Part shown: positions 1 to 11,204 of the stretch, piece after piece | Numbering within the stretch: position 1 is the stretch's first letter | Layout: every line of letters begins with the position of its first letter | From: an uncultured virus (IMG/VR IMGVR_UViG_3300029448_000026) | Lineage: Duplodnaviria; Heunggongvirae; Uroviricota; Caudoviricetes | Strand: one strand, 5' to 3' | Length of the DNA: 64,000 nt | IMG/VR virus record: IMGVR_UViG_3300029448_000026 | Span: 1-64,000 of that record | Program-made: the position numbers and the translations under genes | The notes under the pieces: model-generated | Told to the model about the DNA's origin: nothing | What the model saw: only the letters and a program-made list of their open reading frames with translations | Databases searched by the model: none

Positions 1-1278
1 AACTCTTGGTATCTCTTTAAGTTGTATATCATTTATTTGTTTTACTAGTTCAGGATCTTTAGTTTCATTATATTCTGTTTCTAACTCACCAACCTGGTTT
101 AAAAGCGCTCTTACTTGAAAACTATTTGTCCCTATACTTCCAAATTGCATGGTTAAAGCATTATACTCTTTGGTTAGTTGTTGTAGCCTAGTAAATTTTT
201 GGTTAAAATCTAAGTTTGCTTTGGCTAATGCATTAGCTTTTGCTGCTATTTTTGCTGCTGCAGATCTTGCCCCTATTTCCATTTCTTTAAGTTTAAAACC
301 CATTGCTGTGCCTGCATCTGAACGTGCAACTGCTTCTTCACCCCGTCTAAATCTTTCTGCAGCCCCAGGTATTTGATATGGATCAGCACCTTGTCCTAAT
401 ATATACCGTAACCCTCTGTAGGGATCTTCTGCTTGACGTTGTTCTCTAATTTGTTTCATTAAATCAAAGTACATATTTCCTAAACCACCGCTACCGCTAC
501 CGCCACCTTTTGGCTTATCATTTACTACTTTAACATCCCCGTCTTTATTAAATTCAGAAGGGCTTTCAGGTATTTCATTAATACGCATCATTCTTAAAGG
601 ATCGTATTTTTCAGGTGCTTTTTTTACAATCTCTTCTAAATTAGTAGTTTTTTCACCATCTCCTTCAAGAAGTGTTTCTGTAGTTGCAGGAGCTGTTCTT
701 TCAGCTAAACCAGCAGCTCCTTTAGGTCCGTAAGGATACAAAGGATTGCCTGAATATCTAGGCCCAAAAATTGCTTCGCCAAAAGTTTTATTACGTTTTT
801 CTTTGTCTCTAGTGTTTAATCTTCCAGCAGAGCTGTAACCTATTATACCACCATCAGCTGCAAATTGTGTTCGTTTACGAGGTACACCTGCTACACCCAT
901 AGGCATGGAGGGAGATTTAAACTTAGTTGCATTTTTAACCATATTGTTCATGGCTTTATTTTGAGCCATTTTTCTTTGGTTCATTGTACTAGCAACTTGC
1001 GCTAACTTATCATTTACAGATGACATTTTGGTCTCTAAAACGTCTTCTCCTAATTGGTCGGCTACAGTCTTACCAGTTTGTTCTATTTTAAGCATGTTAT
1101 CTCTTTGCAAAGCAGCTAGTTGTTCTTTTAACTGTTGCAAACTAATTAACTTTATAAGATCAGGTTGGACACCAGATTTAACTTTAGTTTGTTGTTCTAA
1201 AGCTCTAGGATTGTTTCGATAAGCATCTGTTGTTTTTGATACTTGGCTAAGTAAATTATTTATTCCTCCTGGGATCAT
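1..1278 (-). CDS. Internal virion/ejection protein (partial, runs off the left edge)
   Basis: Not in the ORF track. ATG at 1278 overlaps the upstream TAA (TAATG). I translated the first ~150 codons as open (MIPGGINNLLSQVSKTTDAYRNNPRALEQQ...QFAADGGIIGY); the rest was not checked codon by codon. Lies in the internal-protein block. Confidence 0.65.
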   Translation of the reverse strand, partial: MIPGGINNLLSQVSKTTDAYRNNPRALEQQTKVKSGVQPDLIKLISLQQLKEQLAALQRDNMLKIEQTGKTVADQLGEDVLETKMSSVNDKLAQVASTMNQRKMAQNKAMNNMVKNATKFKSPSMPMGVAGVPRKRTQFAADGGIIGYSSAGRLNTRDKEKRNKTFGEAIFGPRYSGNPLYPYGPKGAAGLAERTAPATTETLLEGDGEKTTNLEEIVKKAPEKYDPLRMMRINEIPESPSEFNKDGDVKVVNDKPKGGGSGSGGLGNMYFDLMKQIREQRQAEDPYRGLRYILGQGADPYQIPGAAERFRRGEEAVARSDAGTAMGFKLKEMEIGARSAAAKIAAKANALAKANLDFNQKFTRLQQLTKEYNALTMQFGSIGTNSFQVRALLNQVGELETEYNETKDPELVKQINDIQLKEIPRV

Positions 1279-2078
1279 TATTTTTTATCCTCTCCACCTG
1301 GAAATGCATTTAATATTTCCATTAATATACTAGCTCCTGTAGCTCCTTGACCAAACAATCCTGGTTGACTATATATGCTTTCTCTAGCTTCTATTGGTAG
1401 CCCTTGCAATAAAGATTGCATAAATTGCACTTGTTTATAAGGAAACTCAAACTCCTTATCAAATTGAGCCATGTCTGCGTCTATACCTTCTTGCTCAATG
1501 TCTCTTTGTATACCACCCGCGTCTTGTTGTGCTTGTAAAGCATCTAAACCAAAGTTTCTCATTGTATCTTGCATACCCACAGCTTTATCAAACGCTTTTT
1601 GGTAACCTTCACCATATATTTCTGCTATAGAATCTTGTAGCCCTCTGTTACTTTCTGCTTGTAGTACTGCTTGCCTACTACCGCCATATGCTCCTGCTTG
1701 ATTTAATTTAGAAGCGTCACTAACATTTCTTATATTGGCTTGTCTAATAGCTGCATCTACTTGAGGTTGTAGAGCTTGTTCTAAATAAGGATTCATATAG
1801 TTGCCAATAGACTGAGAAGTATAATCTCCCATAAAACTAGAAGGGTTTAAACTAGCTAGTCCTTGAAAAGCTTGTTGTTGAAGACCAGATTCACCTGCTG
1901 TAAGTGGCCCCCCATAACCTGGATATTGTTGGTTGCCTAGAGCTTTGCCTTGGCCCAACATGTCTGTAACATAATCACCCGCATATTCTGCTAGAGTTTC
2001 ATCATAACCTAAATCTTGCCCAACTTGCATACCTGCACTAGTGTTTGTTGTCCCTAACAAGTTATCATCTGTACTCAT
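1278..2078 (-). CDS. Putative DNA ejection/pilot protein
   Basis: 266 aa, Q/G/A-rich, with YMNPYLEQAL and AGAYGGSRQA motifs typical of podovirus-type DNA transfer proteins. Confidence 0.55.
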   Translation of the reverse strand: MSTDDNLLGTTNTSAGMQVGQDLGYDETLAEYAGDYVTDMLGQGKALGNQQYPGYGGPLTAGESGLQQQAFQGLASLNPSSFMGDYTSQSIGNYMNPYLEQALQPQVDAAIRQANIRNVSDASKLNQAGAYGGSRQAVLQAESNRGLQDSIAEIYGEGYQKAFDKAVGMQDTMRNFGLDALQAQQDAGGIQRDIEQEGIDADMAQFDKEFEFPYKQVQFMQSLLQGLPIEARESIYSQPGLFGQGATGASILMEILNAFPGGEDKK

Positions 2079-3931
2079 TATGCTACTCCTATTCCTGCTA
2101 GTCTTGACATGAAGTTTTCAGGATTTATTTGATCCCCCTGATCCTTACCCCCATGTTTTGCACCTCTAACATTTTCTCTAAAGTCATCTAATACTTTTGC
2201 ACCTGCATCAGTGTTACCATTTCCTAACATTGAGACTATTTCTGCATCCATAATATACTCTCCTCCTGACAACATCACAGGATCAGGCCCAACTTGTGCG
2301 GGTAGTGTATCTGTCATACCATCTTCAGAACTTTTTAATAGACCCCCCACATTCATGCCTATACCTTGTTGCCCTCCAACACCCAGTAAATCACCATATG
2401 CTTTTATATCAGCTAAAAATTTGTTTAATTGATCTTTTTTCATAGCAGATAATTGTTGTAAATAAGCTCTTGTATTAGCTGCCATTTGAGGAGAAATACT
2501 AGCTTGGATAGTACCATCAGCAATTTTACTAAAATTATCAATAGCTTCTGCTTGTTTCTTCGGGCTTAAAGATGCGTACTCATTTGAAAGTGAAGTATAA
2601 CTACCAATATTATCCGCGTCTAAATTTAAACCTAGCGCAGACACAGATGCTGGCATATTAGAAGGTATTGATTGTGTAGCTGAACTACTTCCTGTTTGTC
2701 TGTAAGTTCCTTCGCCTGCACCAGAAACAACATTAGTATCAGAAGCTAATTGATCTTTTTTACCATACCCAGCAATCTCCGCTGCCTTTTTAAAATCATC
2801 AAAGGTAAAATTAGGATCACCAAAAGTATAATTTTTAAAAGTATCTAAGTCTGAATAATCCCCTGTATAACCTTTAGTAGTCGGACCCATAGTTTTAATA
2901 TAAGCTTGGGCTTGTTCTGGAGTCATACCCGCAATATTAGGTCTTGCTCCACCTGGAGTGCCTGCTACTGGATCTGGGTCTTTGTCTCCACCAAAAGGAT
3001 CTCTTTGATACGTTCCCATTATTCTTTGTTTGTCATCAAAAGTTAAAGCTTCATAGGCAGCTCTTTGGTCTGCGTCTCCTACTTTCGTAAATCCTTCTTT
3101 GAGGTTTTTCATACTAAACGTAGAAGGATCTAAAATATTACCATAGCCCCCAGTTTTTGCTAAGTCTCCTGTACCATATGCATCTGTATATTTTGTATAA
3201 GACTCATTTTCATTATCTGGTTTGTCTTGAGGTGCAGATAAAGTTACTCCTCCAGGGTATGTGTATTCTGTAGCACCTACAAACTCGTTATCACCAAATA
3301 CACCAGCGATACCATCTGTAATACTCTGTCCCGCTTTTTTTAGTGAAGGCATGTATGTACTGGGGTCGGTTAAATGAAAACCTCCATGTTTGTAGCCTGC
3401 AATACCACCACTAGCTAACCCTTTTTGTCCAGAAAGACCAATAATACCTGAAGATATTGCATCATCTACACCTGGAATTGGTTTAGTTTCGGCCAACTTA
3501 TATGGCCCCATATCAAACTTTTCCGTTTCTTCTGCTGTGACTCCTTCAGCACTTTTCTTAATAGCATCTAATGCGAAAGGCGGGTAGGAATTAAAATTTT
3601 GCAGATTTTGTAAACCCAAATCAGTAGCTTGTTGACTAGCTCCTAACTGTGCCGATTCCATATCCCCACCTTCTGGAACGTAACTTAAGTCAGAGAAATA
3701 ACGTCTGCCACCACTTCCTGGTCTTCTATTTGGTGAATAGGGTATGTTAACAGGTTCTCTTACAGCAGTGTAATTAGGTATACTACCTTGGTAACCTACT
3801 TTAGGTCTATAAGGTTCAAACCCGCCCGACAGGCCAACACCTAAACCTAGAAGACCCGCTACTTTTTGCGTGTCTAATTCTTTTTTATCTCCTGGTTTAT
3901 AAAACAGAAATTCGATTAGATCATTAAGCAT
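2078..3931 (-). CDS. Internal virion protein
   Basis: 617 aa with a C-terminal TDTLPAQV..MLSGGEYIM..LGNG segment and several xxGG motifs; translationally coupled to both neighbours. Confidence 0.5.
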   Translation of the reverse strand: MLNDLIEFLFYKPGDKKELDTQKVAGLLGLGVGLSGGFEPYRPKVGYQGSIPNYTAVREPVNIPYSPNRRPGSGGRRYFSDLSYVPEGGDMESAQLGASQQATDLGLQNLQNFNSYPPFALDAIKKSAEGVTAEETEKFDMGPYKLAETKPIPGVDDAISSGIIGLSGQKGLASGGIAGYKHGGFHLTDPSTYMPSLKKAGQSITDGIAGVFGDNEFVGATEYTYPGGVTLSAPQDKPDNENESYTKYTDAYGTGDLAKTGGYGNILDPSTFSMKNLKEGFTKVGDADQRAAYEALTFDDKQRIMGTYQRDPFGGDKDPDPVAGTPGGARPNIAGMTPEQAQAYIKTMGPTTKGYTGDYSDLDTFKNYTFGDPNFTFDDFKKAAEIAGYGKKDQLASDTNVVSGAGEGTYRQTGSSSATQSIPSNMPASVSALGLNLDADNIGSYTSLSNEYASLSPKKQAEAIDNFSKIADGTIQASISPQMAANTRAYLQQLSAMKKDQLNKFLADIKAYGDLLGVGGQQGIGMNVGGLLKSSEDGMTDTLPAQVGPDPVMLSGGEYIMDAEIVSMLGNGNTDAGAKVLDDFRENVRGAKHGGKDQGDQINPENFMSRLAGIGVA

Positions 3932-6900
3932 TAATCTTCCTCTTCTTCGTCTTTCTCATTTTTAGGGTTTACTATATCTTCATATACACCTTTTTCTCTA
4001 TTTGAAACGTCTGGTATGCCTGTTAAAGGGTTTATAAACTTTGCTTCTTGTTCTGGAGTAGCAAATATACTTTCAAAATCATAGATATAATCAATATCAA
4101 CAGGTGGGGGTACTGTTTCTTTAACAAGCCGTGACGCACCCATTGGCTGTTGTACTTGGTTTTGTTTTGTAGATATGTTATTTAAAACTTCTTGCATACT
4201 TTGTGTCTGTGTTTGGTTTTGCGTCTGCGTTTGCGTTTGAGTCTGCGCCTGCGTATCTGTTTGGGTTTGAGTATCGCCCGTTTGCCCTACCATGTCAACA
4301 TTAACAGTTGAAGATACTTGATTATTTGCTTGAGTCTGAGCCTGTGTATCAGTTGGTCCAAACACGTTTAAAGTTGGAGATATAGTTGTAGTATCTGTTT
4401 GAGATGGCGTTTTTATATCTGCTACAGTTTTTTCATAGTTTGTTTTTACATAATCTTCTACACTCATCTTATCTACATTAAGTGCGGTAGCTATATCATT
4501 ATACATTTGAAATGATATACCAAAATCATCTGTATAGGCTTTAGCTTCTTTAGCAGGTATAAACCCATCATACTGTTTATTAAGATTTTCAAATCTAGAT
4601 ACATATACATTTGGATCATCTACACTTGTATCTATAAGATCTTGTGTTTTAACTATAGATCCTCCTAAATACTCATCTGCTATACGTTGCGCATCATCCA
4701 GACTAACTGCTCCATCTTGCATAAGTATCATATTTATTTCATCTTGAGCAGCTGCTTGACTTGGGTTATAAACAACAGGTTTATCTGCTGGAATAGTATC
4801 ATAATTATAAATACTATCTTCTACTCCTAATATTTTTTTTGTTTCAGGGGTAAGCCCTTTAGAAATTTCAGTAACATATGGACTAGCAGCTGATGCAGCA
4901 ACGCCTGATCCTGCTTCTTTTACTTCTTCAAATCCTCCTTGAACACCTTTTCGACCTATAAATTCTGTAATAGCTCCTTGAATACCATAATCTACTCCTG
5001 AATTAGCCAACACTTGCTCCCCAACTCCAGAAGCAAACTCAGATAAAACTGCTCCAGCAAAACCTGCTGTAGAACTTAAAAACTTGCTACCTGCTATACT
5101 AACAGGTTTAAGTATTAATCTAGCTACCCCCATATCTCCTAAAGAACCCCATACACCTGCGGGCAGTATAGCTATTTTTGCGTTAGCCATCATTTCTGCG
5201 CGAGTTCTTAAATGATTGTTTCCATTTTTTGAAAGTAACCTTTTATATTCGTCTGTATATTTCCCAGTTTTTTCCATCTCAGCAAGTTGTTGAACTACTT
5301 GTTGTTCTATTTCTAAAGCTGCCCCTCCTGCTGCTTCAGCTATATTCAATCCTGCAGATAGTGCAAAACCAAGTGGACCCAAAGATGCTAACCCTACATC
5401 AACAACAGTATCTACAATACCCCCTGTAGCGCTTAAACTTGTACCATATATACTTGGATCTTTTCCTAAACTAACATCAGCTACGTTTACAGGTCTAATT
5501 TGCCAAGCTGCGGGTCCATATTTTTCAAACACAATATCCCCACTTGATACATTATCTTTAAATACTTGGGCATCTTCTGGGGAATAAGATGCAGAAATTT
5601 CATCCATTTTTTCTTGGGTAAGTTCAACAAGTCCTCTATACCCTTTATTAGGTTTAAATACTTCTTTATCTAAAAACTCCATTGTTAGTTCTTTATCTGA
5701 TTTTTGAGTAGGAAATATTGTTTGTATGCCTTGGTCACGTAACTCGGCTATACCTTTAACAACAGAAAGAGGGAGGGATTCAAAACCCCCACTAGTTAAC
5801 TTTTTAAGGTATGCGTTAGGGTTATCAGTAGCTGTTTGAGTTAACATATTAATAATATCAACCGCGTAAGCTTCTCCCCCTAAAACACCTGTCTTTGCTA
5901 AGATTTTTGCTCCTGTCTTAACTACTCCTCCTTTAGGAATACCTATTGGAATTGCACCAGGAAACGCCTCTCCAGTGTTCATGTTTTGACCAGCCTTAAC
6001 TTGTTCTTCAGCAGGGCTATTTTTAAAGATGTTTTCTCCATATCTAGTTAAATCTGTTACATTCATAGTAGACAAATCTATTTTATCTAAAGATGTAATA
6101 TTATCTAAAGTTAGTTTTTTTCCGAACATTAACTTAGCAATATCATCAGCTGTAAGAGTTTCTTCACTAGAAAGAGGTATATCTATCTGTAAATCTGGTG
6201 GAGCTGTTTTATTATGTTCTTTTATTGCTTTTAATTGACCTTCTCCTATTGGAACTCCTTCTTCAAAAGTAATTGGATCAGATACAGTTATGAAAGAGGG
6301 TATGCGTAAAGACTGTACTTTTCTACTTATACCCCCACCAGGTTCAGGAAATATTAAGTTATCTGGGTTTTCCGCGTTATGTTTTATTATTTTTCTTACA
6401 AGGTCTGCGTCTACCTCTTCTCCTAATTTGTATAATCCTCCTTGGTAGTTACTTCTTGGCATACCATAAGGTATATCTAGCCCAGAACCTCCTTTACTTT
6501 CTATTGCGGATAATAATTTAAAATTCAGAGGAGTTTGTTCAATTTCAGCGGAGTAAGGATCTGTAAATGTACGAGTATCAGTAGCTGCATTTATTTTTAC
6601 ATTGCCTAAAAGGTTTTCTAATTTGGGGTAAAATTTGTCTTTTACGCTATAGCCATCTGAAAGTTTTCTAACGGTATCAGCTTGAAACTGATCTACACTT
6701 TGATAAGACCCTAAATCTACACCTGCCTGTACAAAGTCTTGGTTATTTTTAAAACCTGTGCTTATAGAAGATCCATCATCAAATACATAAATGCTCTCTC
6801 CATTTTTTAATGTTTGAAACCCTGCAAACCCATCCCATGTTTGAACTTTTCCATCTTTAGTTACAGCATTCCCATCTTTATTTACAATAACATTGTTAGG

Positions 6901-7758
6901 AGCAACTAACGTACCATCTTTCTTTTCTATAACGCCAAACTCACCTAGAACACCATCAACAACTTTTTCAACAGGGTCTTTAGCTAATTTTGCTAAGTCA
7001 TTAGTTGCACTTTTGTTTAAACTAGCGTAGTACGCATCCTGTACATTTTCACCTTTAACTCCCGCCTCAATAGCTTCAAAAACAGCTAATTCAACGTTTG
7101 GCCCAAATCCTTCTCCTAAATATTTAGTTGTCGTATCCGAAAAAGTTCTGGCCAAGTCTTCGGCTATAACATTAGCTGCAGCTTCTGTTATATTTTTAGC
7201 GTTTCCAAACTGATCTACTGCTTTGTTTACAACAGATTGTATACCTTCAAAGTCTTGCAGAACTTGCCCAGTAAAATCTTTTATAGGGTTTTGTAGCTCT
7301 GTTATAAGGCTTGATAATGCAGCAAAACCAGAATCAGCTCCTTTACCTACTTTCTTTACAGTATTTCCTAGTATGTTTGAAAATGATTCTGCATATGTGG
7401 GGTTAAAATTTATTTCTTCTAGCACGTTATTAGATATATTAGTAGCAGTTGCCCCAATTTTATTAGACGCAGCACTAATTAAAGCTGCTTTAAGTATTTC
7501 CCCGCCACTAGCACCATTTGCTGCTGCTACTCCAGCATTAACAAAGGGTGACAAATGAGGAGCAAGTATACTAGTGCCTACTTGGAGAACGAACTGGACT
7601 GGTTTATCTAAAATAGCATCAAATACATCAGAAATAGAACTTGCTACTGTATTTAAAGAATCTTCAGTATCTTCTAATATATCTGTTACAGAACTTGGAA
7701 TGTCTTCAATTACATCTCTAATTGACGGTAAAAAGTCACCAAAATCTATAAAAGCCAT
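3931..7758 (-). CDS. Large internal virion protein
   Basis: 1275 aa with A/G-rich hydrophobic helical stretches and a QT low-complexity tract; downstream of tail genes. Confidence 0.5.
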   Translation of the reverse strand: MAFIDFGDFLPSIRDVIEDIPSSVTDILEDTEDSLNTVASSISDVFDAILDKPVQFVLQVGTSILAPHLSPFVNAGVAAANGASGGEILKAALISAASNKIGATATNISNNVLEEINFNPTYAESFSNILGNTVKKVGKGADSGFAALSSLITELQNPIKDFTGQVLQDFEGIQSVVNKAVDQFGNAKNITEAAANVIAEDLARTFSDTTTKYLGEGFGPNVELAVFEAIEAGVKGENVQDAYYASLNKSATNDLAKLAKDPVEKVVDGVLGEFGVIEKKDGTLVAPNNVIVNKDGNAVTKDGKVQTWDGFAGFQTLKNGESIYVFDDGSSISTGFKNNQDFVQAGVDLGSYQSVDQFQADTVRKLSDGYSVKDKFYPKLENLLGNVKINAATDTRTFTDPYSAEIEQTPLNFKLLSAIESKGGSGLDIPYGMPRSNYQGGLYKLGEEVDADLVRKIIKHNAENPDNLIFPEPGGGISRKVQSLRIPSFITVSDPITFEEGVPIGEGQLKAIKEHNKTAPPDLQIDIPLSSEETLTADDIAKLMFGKKLTLDNITSLDKIDLSTMNVTDLTRYGENIFKNSPAEEQVKAGQNMNTGEAFPGAIPIGIPKGGVVKTGAKILAKTGVLGGEAYAVDIINMLTQTATDNPNAYLKKLTSGGFESLPLSVVKGIAELRDQGIQTIFPTQKSDKELTMEFLDKEVFKPNKGYRGLVELTQEKMDEISASYSPEDAQVFKDNVSSGDIVFEKYGPAAWQIRPVNVADVSLGKDPSIYGTSLSATGGIVDTVVDVGLASLGPLGFALSAGLNIAEAAGGAALEIEQQVVQQLAEMEKTGKYTDEYKRLLSKNGNNHLRTRAEMMANAKIAILPAGVWGSLGDMGVARLILKPVSIAGSKFLSSTAGFAGAVLSEFASGVGEQVLANSGVDYGIQGAITEFIGRKGVQGGFEEVKEAGSGVAASAASPYVTEISKGLTPETKKILGVEDSIYNYDTIPADKPVVYNPSQAAAQDEINMILMQDGAVSLDDAQRIADEYLGGSIVKTQDLIDTSVDDPNVYVSRFENLNKQYDGFIPAKEAKAYTDDFGISFQMYNDIATALNVDKMSVEDYVKTNYEKTVADIKTPSQTDTTTISPTLNVFGPTDTQAQTQANNQVSSTVNVDMVGQTGDTQTQTDTQAQTQTQTQTQNQTQTQSMQEVLNNISTKQNQVQQPMGASRLVKETVPPPVDIDYIYDFESIFATPEQEAKFINPLTGIPDVSNREKGVYEDIVNPKNEKDEEEED

Positions 7759-8210
7759 TACACACTACCTTCTGCAGAGAAGTCAATAATACACAGTAGA
7801 TTGTCTTTTATCTTCATTATTCTCATGTTTGAACCTAGTTGTTCTTTTACAGCAGAAAAAACATCTATCATATCCTGTTGTATTTTTGAGAATACTATTT
7901 TTTCTATGCCTTCTTGTTCTAATTTTTTAACAGCATTAATAATATTGTTTATATAATTTGCCTTAGTATCTGCATTGAAGGGTATAACCATAGATGTTTT
8001 TGTATCTTGATTAGTTTTAACAACAAACACAGTATTGTTGTTTTGGTATGTTTTTACATCTGGTTGAGATAAAAAACCGTCTAAAACTAAGAATGATTTA
8101 GTTACCTCTTCTTTGCTATCACCTTCTTTTTCCGCTTTTGCAACAATAGCATGACTAAATATTACAGGGTAAGATAACTTTTTTTGTGAACTATCTACTT
8201 CACTTTTCAT
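7758..8210 (-). CDS. Hypothetical protein
   Basis: 150-aa ORF coupled to neighbours. Confidence 0.55.
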   Translation of the reverse strand: MKSEVDSSQKKLSYPVIFSHAIVAKAEKEGDSKEEVTKSFLVLDGFLSQPDVKTYQNNNTVFVVKTNQDTKTSMVIPFNADTKANYINNIINAVKKLEQEGIEKIVFSKIQQDMIDVFSAVKEQLGSNMRIMKIKDNLLCIIDFSAEGSV

Positions 8211-8211
8211 G

Positions 8212-8535
8212 CTAACTTACCTCTAATATACTTACTATTACATGCAATAAATTACCTGCACTTGCTTGGGTTTTTAGTATATCACCTGCTTCTAACACAA
8301 TAGGTGATGTTAGTAACTCTACAGTTGCATTTCCTGCTATCGCTTTAGTCTTAAAAAGATTAAAAACAGCAGACCCACTAGTTGTTATAGTTATTGATAT
8401 GTTTGCTCCTGTATTTGCATCTTCTGTAACTAATATAGATTTGACGATAGCAGTAGCCCCAGTAGGACAAGTGTATACTGTTGTATTGTTTGTATTAGAT
8501 AGATCGGCCTTTGCACTTTTATAATTATTTGCCAT
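8212..8535 (-). CDS. Small beta-rich virion protein
   Basis: 107 aa, YTCPTGATAIVKSILV and PIVLEAGDIL pattern common in phage tail regions. Confidence 0.55.
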   Translation of the reverse strand: MANNYKSAKADLSNTNNTTVYTCPTGATAIVKSILVTEDANTGANISITITTSGSAVFNLFKTKAIAGNATVELLTSPIVLEAGDILKTQASAGNLLHVIVSILEVS

Positions 8536-8724
8536 TTACCCTAAAAACCACGCTGTTGCTTCTGCTTGTTCTTTTAATGTAGTCTTTCTTAACGCATCGT
8601 CTACCTGACTAAAGTAAATACGTAGTATGTTATTCAAGTTACTTTGAGACATAGTACTATACTCTTTTGGGGGTAAAGGTAAAACTGGGGCTTTAAAATT
8701 TATGTCAACATCTGATTCTGGCAT
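8536..8724 (-). CDS. Small hypothetical virion protein
   Basis: 62 aa, APVLPLPPKEY..LRIYFSQVD, directly after the tail stabilisation gene. Confidence 0.55.
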   Translation of the reverse strand: MPESDVDINFKAPVLPLPPKEYSTMSQSNLNNILRIYFSQVDDALRKTTLKEQAEATAWFLG

Positions 8725-10739
8725 TACCGTCTCCCGTCTGGTCGCATCCTAATTCTTTGTGCGCCTACTTGCCATTGAGTACCTACGTCACTAGAGGTAA
8801 CTTTAAATAATACTTGCCTGCCTCTAAAACGTAAATCTAGTTCTTGTGTATAGTTTTCATACAACCCATAAAGAGTAGGGGGATATGTAGCTGATATTTC
8901 TTGTTTGTAACCTTTTTGTTGGGGATAAGTTGTAGTATTTCCACCTTGAGTTTCTGAGAAGTCTTCTCCTCCTACAGAAGGAGGTTGTGGAGTTACACCT
9001 GAACCTGAATTAGCAAAAGTAATAAACTCAAAGGTTAGTTTTGGAGTTTGTGTCCAGTCAGAACCAGAAAACAAGATATCAGGTAGTAGTTTATCTACAA
9101 ACATAAATCTATCGCCATCGTCTAAATCAAAGAAAGATGAGGTAATTCCTGCATTTATAGAAGAGGAAGTAGAGGTAGATTTATCATCAATACCTTTTTC
9201 ATGAAATAAAAGCCTGCCTGCTGTAGTACCACTATTACCCGTACCACCTGTGACGTAAGCACTGATTGGATAGTCTTGTATACCAGAATCAACCCAAGCA
9301 GTTCTAAAAAAGCTACCATAATACCATATATCATCTACATAGTTATAAATTACATATCTGCCATTATAAAACCACCATACTTCATTAAAGGCTTCGTTTG
9401 TACCCGCATTTATCTGTGGAGTTTGATCTCTATCTACCCCTGCGAATACATATTTTTTTACCTTACAAGGAAGAGGTTTTACTGTACCGTCATAGATGTA
9501 AAACTGATCTTTACCCATCCAAAAAGCTATACCTGATGCATAAACAACCGCATTTTGTGAAATAATTGATATATTGTCACCAACTAATTGTTGCCCCCAT
9601 ACAGCTTGCCCTCCTATATAAGAAAAAGCGTATAAAGAAGAGTCTGTCCAAACTAATATTTCTTGTCTACCTTGTAGAGCAGCTACAATTTCAGAACCTC
9701 TTGCTAAAGGTAACGAACCAGCTTGGTTTTCTGCAGAAGGAGTCCAGTTGGCAGGACCTTCTTGGTCTGACCAACGAACAAGCATTGGGTCTAAAGTTAC
9801 ACTGCCTAACGGGTTTACACCAAAACAAAAAACAAACCTGTTGTCAGACACTAACGATAAGTTTTGTTTAACTGGAGTATTAGAAGCTGCAGGTCTAGAA
9901 GATAATAGAACACCACGATTTGCGTCATTTACACCATTACTTGCATCCCAGTAATATAAAACTCCGCCTTTAAATCCAAAAATTAAATCTTCCCCAAAAT
10001 TAGATTGTGACCATATGCGTATAGCACTAATATCTGTTGATAGGCTTGAATGCCCCCAAGCATCTTCTCCCCATGTACCTGCACTCCAACCATTAATAGC
10101 TTGCGCATTATCTGCACCGATATTTAATTGGTATGTTCCAACTGTAGAACTACCCCCATTACCAGAATCTGAGCCAGTAGCGGATACAGCAGTTCCGTCA
10201 ATATTACCCCCTGCAGTTGTAATATCTCCTATAGCAGATACAGTTCTTGCTTTTATTTTGTATGAATTAGAATTTACGACTTCATGAATTTGATATTCTT
10301 GATTAAGAACAGCAGCCGTAATGTTTCCTCCCAGAGAGGCTGCATCACTAAAAGTAACAAAATCATAAACTGTAGCTCCATGGGCTGTATCGGTAACAGT
10401 TATTATTTCAGAACTATTTGTTGCAGAAAACGTTACATCTCCCGCACTTGTAGTAGCTCTAATAGGGGTAACATCATAATATTTACCCCCCATTTCGATG
10501 TAGAATTTCATTTGGGTTCCTACACCAATAAGCTTTAAACCCCCCAAGGTAGTCCAGTTAGATAGAGATCTACAAGCACCAAGAAAGTACTTTTCAGATA
10601 TGCGTTCCCAACCACCTATTTTTTCAGGAAAACCTTTTCTAAAACGTACATTATATCCATCATACCACCCGCCTTCGGAAGCATACATGGTATTTTCTCT
10701 ATCTATTCCAGGTTTGAAAACTATCTTTTTATAAGGCAT
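8724..10739 (-). CDS. Tail tubular/stabilisation (nozzle)-like protein
   Basis: 671 aa, beta-rich, VRWSDQE..NWTP motif; size and position typical of a podovirus tail tube B/gp10-like protein. Confidence 0.6.
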   Translation of the reverse strand: MPYKKIVFKPGIDRENTMYASEGGWYDGYNVRFRKGFPEKIGGWERISEKYFLGACRSLSNWTTLGGLKLIGVGTQMKFYIEMGGKYYDVTPIRATTSAGDVTFSATNSSEIITVTDTAHGATVYDFVTFSDAASLGGNITAAVLNQEYQIHEVVNSNSYKIKARTVSAIGDITTAGGNIDGTAVSATGSDSGNGGSSTVGTYQLNIGADNAQAINGWSAGTWGEDAWGHSSLSTDISAIRIWSQSNFGEDLIFGFKGGVLYYWDASNGVNDANRGVLLSSRPAASNTPVKQNLSLVSDNRFVFCFGVNPLGSVTLDPMLVRWSDQEGPANWTPSAENQAGSLPLARGSEIVAALQGRQEILVWTDSSLYAFSYIGGQAVWGQQLVGDNISIISQNAVVYASGIAFWMGKDQFYIYDGTVKPLPCKVKKYVFAGVDRDQTPQINAGTNEAFNEVWWFYNGRYVIYNYVDDIWYYGSFFRTAWVDSGIQDYPISAYVTGGTGNSGTTAGRLLFHEKGIDDKSTSTSSSINAGITSSFFDLDDGDRFMFVDKLLPDILFSGSDWTQTPKLTFEFITFANSGSGVTPQPPSVGGEDFSETQGGNTTTYPQQKGYKQEISATYPPTLYGLYENYTQELDLRFRGRQVLFKVTSSDVGTQWQVGAQRIRMRPDGRR

Positions 10740-10748
10740 GGTAACATG

Positions 10749-11204
10749 TTACTCTATAATTTCAAAATGAGGTCCATCTATAAAAGGTCTTCGGCCTTGA
10801 CTACGTCTTAGGTCAATATATGAGTTCATAGCATCTTCCATCGTACCGTCCCATTGGCGTATGTCGTCTACACTCCAGGCTGCGCCCCATCTAATAGTTA
10901 CATTATTATTCTTAGCAGCTTGAGCCATAGCATCAGCAATATCATCATAAAGATTCAACTCCCAAGACCCCCTCGACCCAACATAAGCCATGAGATCAAC
11001 TGCATGACCTGTAAGGTGTTTGCTCGACATTGTCTGGCTCGCGCCTTTATCTACAAGCTCGCGTTGTTCTGCTTCCGTTCTCATCCCACAAATCACACCG
11101 AAGTCAATTTTTGAAAGTTTTATGGCATCTTTAACACAGTATATCAAGTCAGGATGTACACCTTTAAGACGGTCTAAAGATCTTTGGCTTAGTTTAAAAC
11201 TCAT
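10749..11204 (-). CDS. Endolysin, peptidase M15 family
   Basis: LSQRSLDRLKGVHPDL, SKHLTGHAVD zinc ligands, WG and DGPHFE motifs. Confidence 0.85.
   Translation of the reverse strand: MSFKLSQRSLDRLKGVHPDLIYCVKDAIKLSKIDFGVICGMRTEAEQRELVDKGASQTMSSKHLTGHAVDLMAYVGSRGSWELNLYDDIADAMAQAAKNNNVTIRWGAAWSVDDIRQWDGTMEDAMNSYIDLRRSQGRRPFIDGPHFEIIE

Noticed and set aside
4200..4290. QT-repeat tract as a DNA repeat element
   Set aside because: Codons vary, so it is a protein-level low-complexity linker.
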